The position numbers and the translations under genes were made by a program. Below are positions 9,325-18,680 of a stretch of DNA of 61,674 nt, one piece after another; position 1 is the first letter of the stretch; every line of letters begins with the position of its first letter. Below the pieces are notes generated by a model, which worked only from the letters and a program-made list of their open reading frames with translations, did no database searches and was not told the origin of the DNA. Where the stretch lies: the NCBI GenBank assembly GCA_005884125.1, contig VAXP01000114.1:1-61674 (forward strand), read 5' to 3'. Source of the stretch: Actinomycetota bacterium (lineage in GTDB: Bacteria; Actinomycetota; Acidimicrobiia; Acidimicrobiales; AC-35).

Positions 9325-9987
9325 ATGCGGGTGTGGCTGCCTGACAGGCCTGGGGCGCTGGGAGCGGTGGCGAGCCGGATCGGGGCCGTGCGGGGCGACG
9401 TGGTGGGGATCGAGATCCTCGAGCGCGGCGGGGGCCGGGCCATCGACGAGCTCGTGGTGGAGCTCCCCGAGGACGGCCTTCTCTCCCTACTGCTCGACGA
9501 GATGCGCGAGGTCGAAGGTGTCGACGTGGAGGAAGTCCACCTCCTGAGGGACGGCCACCTCGACGCCCGCGTCGACGCCCTGGAGACGGCCGCCCTTCTC
9601 CTGGAGGAGACGAGCGTGCAGGGCTTGCTGGACGTGCTGGCCGACCATGCTTGTCGCGACTTCGAGGCGGACTGGGCCGTGGTGCTGGCGCGGGGATCCT
9701 CCCGGGTGCCCGTGTCGGTCGTGGGCGCGCCGCCTCCCGGCGCGTGGCTGGCCGCCTTCGTGGCCGGCAACCGCTGGTCGGCGGCGGCCGACTTCGGTCA
9801 CGAGGGACCTGACGACGTGGCCTGGTCTCCCCTGGCCCAGGCCGACCTCGCCCTGGTCCTGGGTCGCTCCCGTCGGGCCTTCCGAGCCCGGGAGAGACGG
9901 CAGCTGGCCGCCCTGGTGTCCGTTGCCGACCGCCGCACCGTCGACCTTGCTTCCCGGCTCGCCGACGCCCACCCGGCGGTGTGCTGA
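9325..9987 (+). CDS. ACT-domain protein with a GAF-like C-terminal region
   Basis: The coding-looking part of track ORF 9025..9987 starts at MRVWLPDRPGALGAVASRIGAVRGDVVGIEIL, an ACT-type beta-alpha-beta start. GTG 9310 is an alternative start. Confidence 0.65.
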   Translation: MRVWLPDRPGALGAVASRIGAVRGDVVGIEILERGGGRAIDELVVELPEDGLLSLLLDEMREVEGVDVEEVHLLRDGHLDARVDALETAALLLEETSVQGLLDVLADHACRDFEADWAVVLARGSSRVPVSVVGAPPPGAWLAAFVAGNRWSAAADFGHEGPDDVAWSPLAQADLALVLGRSRRAFRARERRQLAALVSVADRRTVDLASRLADAHPAVC

Positions 9988-9988
9988 G

Positions 9989-10285
9989 GTGGGCACCGAC
10001 TCGAAGGTGGCGGAGCGGGCCGAGATCAGTGGCGCCCAGAGGGTCGAGGGGCTCGACAGGTTCGGCGCGCTGGCGCCCGGGGCTCCGGTCGAGGTCTTCA
10101 GCCGCTTCACCCGCAGATGGGTGACCGGCTTCGAGATCGCCGAGGCCGGCACCGACGGCTACCGGGTGCGGCGCTTCTCCGACCGCTCCGTGCTGCCCGT
10201 CGAGCTGGCCCCGCACGACGTGCGGGCCGCCCACCCGTCCGCGGCGCGCTCCCACCCGCCCCTGAAGCGGGGCGCCCTCCCGTAA
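9989..10285 (+). CDS. small hypothetical protein
   Basis: GTG 9989 lies 1 nt after the previous stop (TGAGGTG). The 98-aa translation (VEVFSRFTRRWVTGFEIAEAGTDGYRVRRF...) looks globular. The upstream part of the track ORF lies inside the previous gene in another frame. Confidence 0.45.
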   Translation: MGTDSKVAERAEISGAQRVEGLDRFGALAPGAPVEVFSRFTRRWVTGFEIAEAGTDGYRVRRFSDRSVLPVELAPHDVRAAHPSAARSHPPLKRGALP

Positions 10286-10317
10286 CGCGTTTGTGGTCGG
10301 GACGGGAACGGCCGACC

Positions 10318-11211
10318 ATGGCGGGCGACATGAACCTGGCCGCGCCCGACCGCTCGACCATGGTCGAGCTGAACCGCACCACCCTGCGCCTGTGGCAGTG
10401 GGGCGATCCCAACCGTCCCCCGGTCGTGCTCGTCCACGGCGGCTGGGACCACGGCCGGATGTTCGACGGCATCGCCCCCGAGATCGCGGCCCTGGGCTTC
10501 CATGCCGTCGCCGTCGACCTGCGGGGCCACGGGGACAGCGGACGGCTCGGTGGCTCGGGCGCGTGCTGGTTGGCCTGGAACCTCGACCTGGCCCTGCTCA
10601 TCGGCTATCTGGGAAGGCCGGCGGGACTGGTCGGCCACTCCATGGGCGGCGGCCAGGCCCTCTCGGTCGCGGGCGCCTTCCCAGATCTCGTCACCTGGGT
10701 GGTTTGCATCGATGGCCTGGGTCCTTCCTTCGAGGGCACCGGTGATGCCGACCACGGCGAGCTGGTCGCCCAGTGGCTGGAGGGGGCCGAGGCCCTGACG
10801 ACGTCCCCGCCCCGGACCTACGCCACCGTGGAGGAGATGGCGGCCCGGCGGCGACGGGTCAACGTGCGCCTGCCCGAGCAGTGGGCTCTCCACCTGGCCG
10901 TCCACGGCTCCCGCCCCTGGCCCGGGGGCGGCTTCGTATGGAAGAGCGACCCCGCCATGCGCATCGGCGGGCCCGGGCCCTTCGGCGAGGGGGTTCTGCG
11001 GGCCCAGAACCGTCTCATCCGGTGCCCGGTGCTGGCCCTCACCGGCTCCGAGCCCGACCAGTGGAGCGACCTGAGCCAGGACACCATCGCCGGGCGCCTG
11101 GCGGACATGAGGCGGGCCCATCACCAGGTCGTGCCCGGCGCCGGCCACTACGTGCACATCGAGCAGCCCGGGGCCGTGCTCGGCCATCTCGCCGGCTTCG
11201 TGGGCGCGTGA
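10318..11211 (+). CDS. alpha/beta hydrolase
   Basis: Contains VVLVHGGWDHGRMF, DLRGHGDS and the nucleophile elbow GHSMGG. The start was chosen where the coding-like sequence begins (MAGDMNLAAPD...). Confidence 0.8.
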   Translation: MAGDMNLAAPDRSTMVELNRTTLRLWQWGDPNRPPVVLVHGGWDHGRMFDGIAPEIAALGFHAVAVDLRGHGDSGRLGGSGACWLAWNLDLALLIGYLGRPAGLVGHSMGGGQALSVAGAFPDLVTWVVCIDGLGPSFEGTGDADHGELVAQWLEGAEALTTSPPRTYATVEEMAARRRRVNVRLPEQWALHLAVHGSRPWPGGGFVWKSDPAMRIGGPGPFGEGVLRAQNRLIRCPVLALTGSEPDQWSDLSQDTIAGRLADMRRAHHQVVPGAGHYVHIEQPGAVLGHLAGFVGA

Positions 11212-11930
11212 GGATCAACCGCGGTGCCCACCGCCCGTCTCCGAACGGCAGTGCCCTGGCCCTGCTGGTGCTGCACGAGGCCGGCTCGGCCGGGGCGGGG
11301 GGAGACTGGCAGCCGCTGCTCGATCGCTGGCCCGGGCCGTCGGTCGCCCCCGACCTCCCCGGCCACGGCGGGAGCCCGCCCCCCGACGGGGGGAAGTACA
11401 TCCCGGCCGACGCCACCCTGGCCGCCCTCGAGGTCCTCGCCGAGACGGGCCTGGGCGTGCCCCCGCCCGTGGTGCTCGGTCACGGCTGGGGCGGCTACGC
11501 GGCCGAGCTCCTGGCCTGCGGCGGGAGGGCGCAGGCCCTGGTCCTGGTCGACGGCCTGGGCGGACCCTGGGTGACCGAGGAGGAGATCGCCCTGGATCAG
11601 GTGCGCTGGCTCAGGGAGGTGCTGGAGGACGCAGACGCCGCGCGGTGGCCCGGGCGGATGCCCGACCCTCTCCTGACCCACGGTTTCCCCTCGGCTTGGG
11701 AACGGGACTTCACCACGGCCAGGCGCAAGGCCATAGCCGCGCCCGTGCTGGCCGTGGAGACGGCACGGTCGGCGACGCCCCCGGACGAGCGCGGCGACCG
11801 CCTGGCCGCCTTCGCCGGTCCCCGCCAGCTGGTGGAGCTGGGCAGCGCTGCGGTCGGGGAGGCCGTCGAGGAGATCATCGCGGCCACGCTGGGATGGCTC
11901 GACGGCTGGCGCGCCGGGGAGCCGCTGTAG
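11208..11930 (+). CDS. alpha/beta hydrolase (second, divergent copy)
   Basis: GTG 11208 overlaps the previous stop (GTGA). Contains LVLHEAGS, DLPGHGGS and GHGWGG motifs. Confidence 0.7.
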   Translation: MRINRGAHRPSPNGSALALLVLHEAGSAGAGGDWQPLLDRWPGPSVAPDLPGHGGSPPPDGGKYIPADATLAALEVLAETGLGVPPPVVLGHGWGGYAAELLACGGRAQALVLVDGLGGPWVTEEEIALDQVRWLREVLEDADAARWPGRMPDPLLTHGFPSAWERDFTTARRKAIAAPVLAVETARSATPPDERGDRLAAFAGPRQLVELGSAAVGEAVEEIIAATLGWLDGWRAGEPL

Positions 11931-11942
11931 CGCGCCCCCGGC

Positions 11943-12386
11943 TCAGGGTCGGTTCCTGTGGCCGTCCCCGCTGAGGTCGATGTGGGCTCCATCGGTTCCC
12001 GACCCGTCCAGCTCGAACCAGACGACCTTCCCCTCCGCAAGGCGGTCGACGCCCCACGCCCCGGCCAGCCCCTCGACCAGCGACAGCCCCCTCCCGCTGG
12101 TGGCCTCGGCGGGGCAGGCCTCGTAGACGGGGACGCGAGGGTTCTCGTCGAAGACCGACACCCTGAGGGCGGTACCGTCGGTGTGGAGCACGACGCGAAT
12201 ACCGGTGCGGGCGTGGAGCACGGCGTTGGTGACGAGCTCGCTGGTGAGCAGCACGGCGTCGGCCGCGACCTCTCGCCCGAACCTCCACGCCTCCAGCGTG
12301 CGCCCCACGAACCTGCGCGCCACGTCGACGACCGTCAGGTCACTCTCGAACTCGGCCGACGTTTCGAGCAGCTCCTTTTTGGCCAC
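11943..12386 (-). CDS. ATP-binding anti-sigma-factor-like protein (RsbW/SpoIIAB-type HATPase)
   Basis: 147-aa ORF with LLTSELVTNAVLHA (N-box) and SGRGLSLVEGLAGAWGV (G-box-like), typical of serine-kinase anti-sigma factors. Confidence 0.75.
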   Translation of the reverse strand: MAKKELLETSAEFESDLTVVDVARRFVGRTLEAWRFGREVAADAVLLTSELVTNAVLHARTGIRVVLHTDGTALRVSVFDENPRVPVYEACPAEATSGRGLSLVEGLAGAWGVDRLAEGKVVWFELDGSGTDGAHIDLSGDGHRNRP

Positions 12387-12524
12387 CGATCATTTCCGTC
12401 GTACCCGCAGGGCCTTGGGTCAAACGCTCCCCGGGGCCGGGCCCGGGCCCCCCTACGCCGCCGTCTGCTACGAACAGCGTCAGGAACCAGCCAAGGAGCA
12501 CTCCGGTGAGGAAGGGTTGAGGCG

Positions 12525-13607
12525 GTGAGGGCCGCCCTCGAGCTGTGGACCACGGGCATACCCCTGCCCGGGATGGCGGCCGGGCTGGCCCGGCGGGCCG
12601 AGGCCCAGGGATGGGACGGCATGGTCGTGCCCGACTCTCAGAACCTGGCCGGCGACCCCTACGTGGGCCTGACGCTGGCGGCCGGCGCCACCAGCCGGCT
12701 CCTGCTGGGGACCGGTGTCACCAACCCCTACACCCGTCACCCGGCGGCCACCGCGGCGGCCATCGCCTGCATCCAGGCCGAGTCGGGAGGCAGGGCCGTG
12801 CTGGGCATCGGCCGGGGCGACTCCTCCCTGGCCCACCTAGGGCTGGCCCCCGCTCCCGTCCAGGCCTTCGCCCGCTACGTCGAGCGCGTCCAGGCCTACC
12901 TGAGCGGAGCCGGTGTGGCCTTCGACGAGCCCGGCGGGGACGACGCCCCGCCCCCCGTGGCCAGCATGGGGCTGGCCGGCGCGCCCGCCGTCAGCCGGCT
13001 GGAGTGGCTGTCGCCCTCCGTGCCCAAGGTGCCCGTCGACGTGGTCGCCACCGGACCCCGGGTCATCGGCATCGGGGCCCGCCTGGCCGACCGGCTCACC
13101 TTCGCGGTGGGCGCCGACCCCAGCCGGCTGCGGTGGGCCATCGACACCGCCAGCCAGGCGCGAGCCGAGGCCGGCCTGGACCAGGACTCCATCTCCCTGG
13201 GCGCGTATGTGAACGTCGTCGCCCATCCCGACCAGGGCGCGGCCCGCCGGCTCATCTCCGCCAGCCTGACGTCCTTCGCCCGCTTCTCGGCCATGCACGG
13301 CACGGTCGCCGGTCCCTCGTCCGAGGACGACCGCCGGGTCCTGCTCGATGTGCACCGCTCCTACGACATGGCCGGGCACTTCAGGCACGGCTCGCCCCAG
13401 TCGGCTTCCCTGACCGACGAGTTCGTGGCCCGCTTTGGGGTGGCGGGCTCCCCCGAGCGCTGTCTGGACCGGCTCCGGGACCTCCTGGGGCTGGGCCTCC
13501 AGCGCCTGGTCGTCGTGGGCCCCGCGCTGGGCGCCGACCGGGCCGAGACGGCCCGGGCCACCGAGTGCTTCGTGAACGAAGTCATTCCCGGGCTGCGGGC
13601 CCCGTGA
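12525..13607 (+). CDS. LLM-class (luciferase-like) flavin/F420-dependent oxidoreductase
   Basis: 360-aa ORF. Contains AEAQGWDGMVVPDSQN...LGTGVTNPYTRHPA...LGIGRGDS, a typical LLM TIM-barrel signature. Confidence 0.8.
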   Translation: MRAALELWTTGIPLPGMAAGLARRAEAQGWDGMVVPDSQNLAGDPYVGLTLAAGATSRLLLGTGVTNPYTRHPAATAAAIACIQAESGGRAVLGIGRGDSSLAHLGLAPAPVQAFARYVERVQAYLSGAGVAFDEPGGDDAPPPVASMGLAGAPAVSRLEWLSPSVPKVPVDVVATGPRVIGIGARLADRLTFAVGADPSRLRWAIDTASQARAEAGLDQDSISLGAYVNVVAHPDQGAARRLISASLTSFARFSAMHGTVAGPSSEDDRRVLLDVHRSYDMAGHFRHGSPQSASLTDEFVARFGVAGSPERCLDRLRDLLGLGLQRLVVVGPALGADRAETARATECFVNEVIPGLRAP

Positions 13608-14452
13608 CCGACCGCGTCCGTCGCCGTGTGCTGTCGGGGTTGGGGTTCGCCGAAGGCCCGCGCTGGCGCGACGGCCGGCTCTGGTTCTCGGACATGGGCG
13701 CGGCCCTGGTCATGGCCGTGGACCTCGACGGCCGGGCCGAGGAGATCGTCGCCGTTCCCAACCGGCCGTCGGGGCTGGGGTGGCTTCCCGACGGGCGCAT
13801 GCTCATCGTGTCCATGGCCGACCGCCGCGTCCTGCGCCTGGAAGGGGCGCGGCTGGAGCTGCACGCAGACCTGTCGGGCATGGTGTCCTTCGACTGCAAC
13901 GACATGGTCGTGGACGGCCGAGGCCGGGCCTACGTGGGCAACGCCGGCTTCGACATGCGCGAGCGGCCCGTGACGCCCCGGGCCACGCGACTGGTGCTCG
14001 TCACCCCGCAGGGAGAGACCCGCGTCGTCGACGAGCAGCTCGTCTTTCCCAACGGGGCCGCCATCGACGCCCAGGGGCGCACGCTGGTCGTGGCCGAGAC
14101 CTTCGGCCAGAGGCTGACCGCCTTCACCGTCATCGACGACGGTTCGCTGACCGATCGCCGCACCTTCGCCGATCTCCCGGGCCACGCCCCCGACGGCATC
14201 TGCCTGGACGCCGAGGGGGCGGTGTGGTTCGCCGACGCCACCGGTCAGGCGTGCCTGCGCGTCCGCGAGGGCGGCGAGGTGGTCGACCGGGTCGACACCG
14301 GGCGGGGCTGCTTCGCCTGCGCCCTGGGCGGCGAGGACCGGCGCACCCTCTTCCTGCTCACGGCCGAGGCCTACTCCGGGGCGGCCATACGGTCCCGGAC
14401 CGGCGCGGTGGAGGTGGTCGACGTCGAGGTGCCCGGCGCGGGCTGGCCCTGA
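13604..14452 (+). CDS. SMP-30/gluconolactonase/LRE-family protein
   Basis: GTG 13604 overlaps the previous stop (GTGA). Contains GFAEGPRWRDGRLWFSD, PNGAAIDAQGRTLVVAET and PDGICLDAEGAVWFAD repeats, consistent with a six-bladed lactonase fold. Confidence 0.8.
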   Translation: MTDRVRRRVLSGLGFAEGPRWRDGRLWFSDMGAALVMAVDLDGRAEEIVAVPNRPSGLGWLPDGRMLIVSMADRRVLRLEGARLELHADLSGMVSFDCNDMVVDGRGRAYVGNAGFDMRERPVTPRATRLVLVTPQGETRVVDEQLVFPNGAAIDAQGRTLVVAETFGQRLTAFTVIDDGSLTDRRTFADLPGHAPDGICLDAEGAVWFADATGQACLRVREGGEVVDRVDTGRGCFACALGGEDRRTLFLLTAEAYSGAAIRSRTGAVEVVDVEVPGAGWP

Positions 14453-14540
14453 GCCGCGGCCCCGGCGCCATCCTGCGGCGGGGTCGCCGGTTGGTCTCAC
14501 CCCCCGGCGGCTGGCACCATTCCGAGGGCGACGCCGTCGT

Positions 14541-15722
14541 ATGGCCGGACCCCCCGGCCCCTCGCGGGGAGGAGCGTTCGTGCGAACCAGAGTGTGCGAC
14601 ATGCTGGGGGTCGAGTTCCCCATCCTGGCCTTCAGCCACTGCCGGGACGTGGTCGCTGCCGTCAGCGGCGCCGGGGGTTTCGGCGTGCTGGGCGCGGTGG
14701 CGCACACCCCCGAGCACCTCGAGATCGACCTCACCTGGATCGAGGAGCAGACCAAGGGCCGGCCCTACGGGCTGGATCTGCTCCTGCCCACCAAGTACGC
14801 GGGCGTGGAGGAGGGCGGGATCAACCGCGAGGCCGTGCGCCAGCTCCTGCCCCCCGAGCAGCAGCAGTTCGTGGACGACATCCTCCACCGCTACGGGGTC
14901 CCGGAGCTGCCCGAGGACCTGGGCGACGCCGCCTTCCGCGGGGGCTCGCTGTCCATCTCCCCCAAGGGCTACGAGCCCCTGCTCGAGGTGGCCTTCGCCC
15001 ACGGCATCCGCCTCGTCGCCAGCGCCCTGGGTCCTCCGCCGCCCTCTCTCATCGACCGGGCCCACGCCCAGGACGTGGTCGTGGCCGCGCTGGCCGGACG
15101 CAAGGCCCACGCCGAGCGCCACAAGGCCGCCGGGGTCGACATCATCGTGGCCCAGGGGACGGAGGCCGGGGGCCACACGGGCGAGATCTCGACCATGGTG
15201 CTGGTGCCCGAGGTGGTCGACGCCGTGGCCCCCACCCCGGTACTGGCCGCCGGGGGCATCGCCACCGGCCGCCAGATGGCGGCGGCCATGGCTCTCGGAG
15301 CCGAGGGCGTGTGGTGCGGCTCGGTATGGCTCACCACCGAGGAGGCCGAGACCATGCCCGCGGTCAAGGAGAAGTTCCTGGCCGCCTCCTCGGCCGACAC
15401 CGTGCGCTCGCGGTCGCTCACGGGCAAGCCGGCGCGCATGCTGAGGAGCGCGTGGACCGAGGAGTGGGATCGGGTCGACGCCCCCCAACCCCTGGCTATG
15501 CCCCTGCAGAGCGCGCTGGTGGCCGAGGCCCAGCTGCGCATCAACCGCTCGGCGACCAAGGAGGGCTCAGGAGCCCAGCAGCTGGCCAACTACTTCGTGG
15601 GTCAGGTGGTGGGCCAGCTCGACCGGGTGCGCCCCGCCCGCCAGGTCGTGCTCGACATGGTCACCGAGTACGCCGAGGTGGCCGAGGCCTTCGCCTCGCA
15701 GGTGGCCGCCAGCCAGAGCTGA
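14541..15722 (+). CDS. nitronate monooxygenase / NAD(P)H-dependent flavin oxidoreductase family
   Basis: Contains MLGVEFPILAFSHCRDVVAAVSGAGGFGVLGA, IIVAQGTEAGGHTG and VLAAGGIATGRQMAAAMALGAEGVWCGS motifs. GTG 14580 is an alternative start. Confidence 0.8.
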   Translation: MAGPPGPSRGGAFVRTRVCDMLGVEFPILAFSHCRDVVAAVSGAGGFGVLGAVAHTPEHLEIDLTWIEEQTKGRPYGLDLLLPTKYAGVEEGGINREAVRQLLPPEQQQFVDDILHRYGVPELPEDLGDAAFRGGSLSISPKGYEPLLEVAFAHGIRLVASALGPPPPSLIDRAHAQDVVVAALAGRKAHAERHKAAGVDIIVAQGTEAGGHTGEISTMVLVPEVVDAVAPTPVLAAGGIATGRQMAAAMALGAEGVWCGSVWLTTEEAETMPAVKEKFLAASSADTVRSRSLTGKPARMLRSAWTEEWDRVDAPQPLAMPLQSALVAEAQLRINRSATKEGSGAQQLANYFVGQVVGQLDRVRPARQVVLDMVTEYAEVAEAFASQVAASQS

Positions 15723-15757
15723 GCCGTCCCGGGCGCGCTGGTGCGCCGATTCCCCGC

Positions 15758-15850
15758 ATGGAGGTGGCCACCGACCATCCCGAGTGGAATGCCCGCATCG
15801 TGCTGCGGGGCCTCGACCGGCTACCCGTGACCCTGGGTGCGGCCGTCTGA
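15758..15850 (+). pseudogene. possible remnant of a cytochrome P450 C-terminus
   Basis: The 30-codon ORF MEVATDHPEWNARIVLRGLDRLPVTLGAAV* resembles the usual P450 C-terminal ending (...LRGLxxLPVxx). No haem-binding region lies upstream. Confidence 0.3.
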
Positions 15851-15952
15851 GGGCACCGTCCGGGACTGGTCCGACCAGTCACTGATCCCTATCGCCCTCC
15901 CGGTCGTAAGACCAATTGGCCATAGCTATCGAGCACGGGCGGGGGCACCATC

Positions 15953-17896
15953 GTGAACGTGGAGCGTCGGGGGCGGGGTTGGTTGGCGGTGGTGGCCGTC
16001 GTGGGGCTGAGCGCGGCGCTCGTGCTGGTGCCGGCGGGGTCCTCGAGTCTGGTCGGGCTCCTGGCCGCGCCCGCGCCTACGGGGACGGCCGTCTCGGCCG
16101 CCGCAGTCGGATCCGCCCTGGACATCACCACGGTGGCAGGAGACGGCGAGGTCGCCTTCCGGGGGGACGGCGGCCCGGCGGTGTCAGCGGCCCTGGGCCG
16201 GCCCCGGGGCATGGCCTTCGACGGCAAGGGCAACCTCTTCCTGGCCGACGCCGACAACCACCGCATCAGGCGGGTCAGTCCCGGGGGGACGGTCACCACC
16301 GTGGCGGGCACGGGCGTGGCCGGCTTCGGCGGCGACGGTGGCCCGGCCACCGCGGCCCAACTCAGCTCTCCCTTCGCCGTGGCCGTCGACCCGAGCGGCA
16401 ACCTGATCATCGCCGACTCCAGCAACCACCGGGTGCGCAGGGTGGACGCGTCGGGGACGATCATGACCATCGCGGGCACGGGGGTGGCGGGATTCTCCGG
16501 TGACGGCGGTCCGGCCACGGCCGCCGAGCTGAACCTGCCCCGGGGCCTGGGGGTGGATCCCACCGGCAACATCGTGATCGCCGACTCCAACAACAACCGG
16601 GTGCGCAGGGTGGACGCGTCGGGGATGATCGCCACCGTCGCGGGCACCGGGCCGGCCGCCTTCGGCGGCGACGGTGGCCCGGCCACCTCGGCCCAGCTCA
16701 GCTTCCCCCGCAGCATCGCCTTCGACCGAGCCGGAGCGATGCTCGTGGTCGACACCCACAACAACCGCGTGCGCAAGATCGACGGCCCGGGGACGATCAC
16801 CACCATCGCCGGTGACGGCGTCGTGGGCTTCGGCGGGGACGGGGGACCCGCGACCGCCGCCCATCTCAGCGATCCCTACGGCGTGGCCGTGGGGCCCAGG
16901 GGCGACATCTTCATCGCCGACGCCGAGAACGCCCGGGTGCGGCAGGTCACGCCCGGCGGCACGATCGCGACGGCCGCGGGCGACGGGACCGAAGGGTTCA
17001 GCGGCGACGGGGGCCCGGCCACCCTGGCCCAGCTCCACTACCCCATCGCGGTGGCGGTGGACAGCAGCGGGACGCTCTTCTTCGCCGACCGCGACAACAG
17101 CCGCGTGCGCAGGGTGAGCGCGGGCGGCGCGGGGGGATACTGGCTGGCGGGCAGCGACGGCGGCATCTTCGCCTTCGGTGACGCGCCCTTCCTCGGCTCG
17201 GCCGGCAACATCGTGCTGCGCCGGCCCATCGTGGGCGCGGCCGCGACCTCGCGGGGCCAGGGCTACTGGCTGGCCGCGGCCGACGGCGGGGTCTTCAGCT
17301 TCGGCGACGCCCGCTTCCTCGGCTCGACGGGGGCCATGTCCCTGGCCCGGCCCGTGGTCGCCATGGCCGCCACCCCGTCGAACCGGGGCTACTGGCTGGC
17401 CGCGGCCGACGGGGGCGTGTTCGGCTTCGGCGACGCCGCCTTTGTGGGATCGGCGGCCGCCACCCGTCTGCGGGCGCCCATCGTGGCCATGGTCCCGACC
17501 CGCAGCGGCGACGGCTACTGGCTGGTGGCATCGGACGGGGGCGTGTTCTCCTTCGGCGCCGCCCCCTTCCTGGGCTCGGCCGGGTCCATGTCGCTGAGCA
17601 AGCCCGTGGTCGGCATGGCCATCACCCCGACGGGGCGGGGCTACTGGCTGGTGGCCTCGGACGGGGGCGTGTTCAGCTTCGGCGACGCCCGCTTCCTGGG
17701 GTCGACCGGGGCCATGTCACTGGCCCAGCCGGTCACGGCCATGGTGAGCACCTGGACGGGCAACGGCTACTGGCTGCTGGCCGCCGACGGCGGGGTCTTC
17801 ACCTTCGGCGACGCCCGCTTCTTCGGCTCGGTCGGGGCGACCCACCAGAACGGCCGGCTGCTGGCCATGCCCCGGGGCCCCCTGGTGCGCCCTTAG
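15953..17896 (+). CDS. secreted two-propeller protein: six NHL repeats plus six copies of an uncharacterised ~40-aa GYWL/DGG/FGDA repeat
   Basis: 647-aa ORF with an N-terminal signal/TM. Six repeats of the form AG.G..GF.GDGGPAT.A.L..P.G.A.D..GN..IAD..N.R.R (NHL). From nt 17135 there are six repeats of the form GYWL.A.DGG.F.FGDA.F.GS.G...L..P.V.M. Confidence 0.85.
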   Translation: MNVERRGRGWLAVVAVVGLSAALVLVPAGSSSLVGLLAAPAPTGTAVSAAAVGSALDITTVAGDGEVAFRGDGGPAVSAALGRPRGMAFDGKGNLFLADADNHRIRRVSPGGTVTTVAGTGVAGFGGDGGPATAAQLSSPFAVAVDPSGNLIIADSSNHRVRRVDASGTIMTIAGTGVAGFSGDGGPATAAELNLPRGLGVDPTGNIVIADSNNNRVRRVDASGMIATVAGTGPAAFGGDGGPATSAQLSFPRSIAFDRAGAMLVVDTHNNRVRKIDGPGTITTIAGDGVVGFGGDGGPATAAHLSDPYGVAVGPRGDIFIADAENARVRQVTPGGTIATAAGDGTEGFSGDGGPATLAQLHYPIAVAVDSSGTLFFADRDNSRVRRVSAGGAGGYWLAGSDGGIFAFGDAPFLGSAGNIVLRRPIVGAAATSRGQGYWLAAADGGVFSFGDARFLGSTGAMSLARPVVAMAATPSNRGYWLAAADGGVFGFGDAAFVGSAAATRLRAPIVAMVPTRSGDGYWLVASDGGVFSFGAAPFLGSAGSMSLSKPVVGMAITPTGRGYWLVASDGGVFSFGDARFLGSTGAMSLAQPVTAMVSTWTGNGYWLLAADGGVFTFGDARFFGSVGATHQNGRLLAMPRGPLVRP

Positions 17897-17915
17897 GCAA
17901 GGGGCGGGGGCCGGC

Positions 17916-18680
17916 TCACCAGCGCGGCGACCAGGTGCTGGTACGCAGGAGCTTGCTCTCCCAGCGGTCGCGGTAGGCCAGGGCCTGGTGCATGAACGTG
18001 CCCGGCGCCTTGTGCTCGGGGGCGGTGTCGTGGGTGAGAAGGCCCAGCAGGCGGTCGTGGTCCAAGATCTTCTGCCAAAGCACCGCCTCCCGCCTCCTCC
18101 CCGCGCCCAGGGCGGGCTGGAACGAGGCCTCCACCTCCAGCAGCCGCCGGCCCGCGGGCACGCTCTGCATGGGCCGGTGGTAGGACTCGCCCCAGAACCG
18201 GATGTAGTCGTCCAGCGGCGCCGTGGGCCACCCGGTGTCCTCCAGGTAGAGGCTGGGTGGGTGCTCGGAGGGCGAGGCTGGGACCGCGTCCAGGTCGACC
18301 TCCTGCAGCGGCGACCAGGCCACGGGCAGGAGGATCTTGGCCTCGACGCCGTGGCGCAGCTCGTCGGTGGCCGCCAGCCACGGGCGCAGATCGCCGCTCT
18401 GGCACCTGGTGGCCAGGCGGTCCCACGCCTGGCCATCGCGCACGGCGGTGACGGTCACCACGTTGTAGGCGGGCCCGGTGCCGTGGGCGTGATTGCAGTA
18501 CCAGAGCAGGCGGGCGTCGTCCCCGTCGCCCAGCATCGGCATCCAGCCGTCGCGGAAGGCAGCCTCGAACTCCTCCTCGCCGGCCCCGACGACGCGGTGC
18601 ACCTCGTGGATGAACAGCACGAACGGGGAAGGTAGCGTCCCGGGGATGGACACCATGGAGGCGAGGAAGACGTGGCGCAC
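17916..18680 (-). CDS. hypothetical protein (tandem NIPSNAP-like / dimeric alpha-beta-barrel-like halves); start uncertain (18680 or 18656)
   Basis: 254-aa ORF with good coding bias. The functional call is weak. The 5' end overlaps the 5' end of the divergent gene. Confidence 0.65.
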   Translation of the reverse strand: MRHVFLASMVSIPGTLPSPFVLFIHEVHRVVGAGEEEFEAAFRDGWMPMLGDGDDARLLWYCNHAHGTGPAYNVVTVTAVRDGQAWDRLATRCQSGDLRPWLAATDELRHGVEAKILLPVAWSPLQEVDLDAVPASPSEHPPSLYLEDTGWPTAPLDDYIRFWGESYHRPMQSVPAGRRLLEVEASFQPALGAGRRREAVLWQKILDHDRLLGLLTHDTAPEHKAPGTFMHQALAYRDRWESKLLRTSTWSPRW

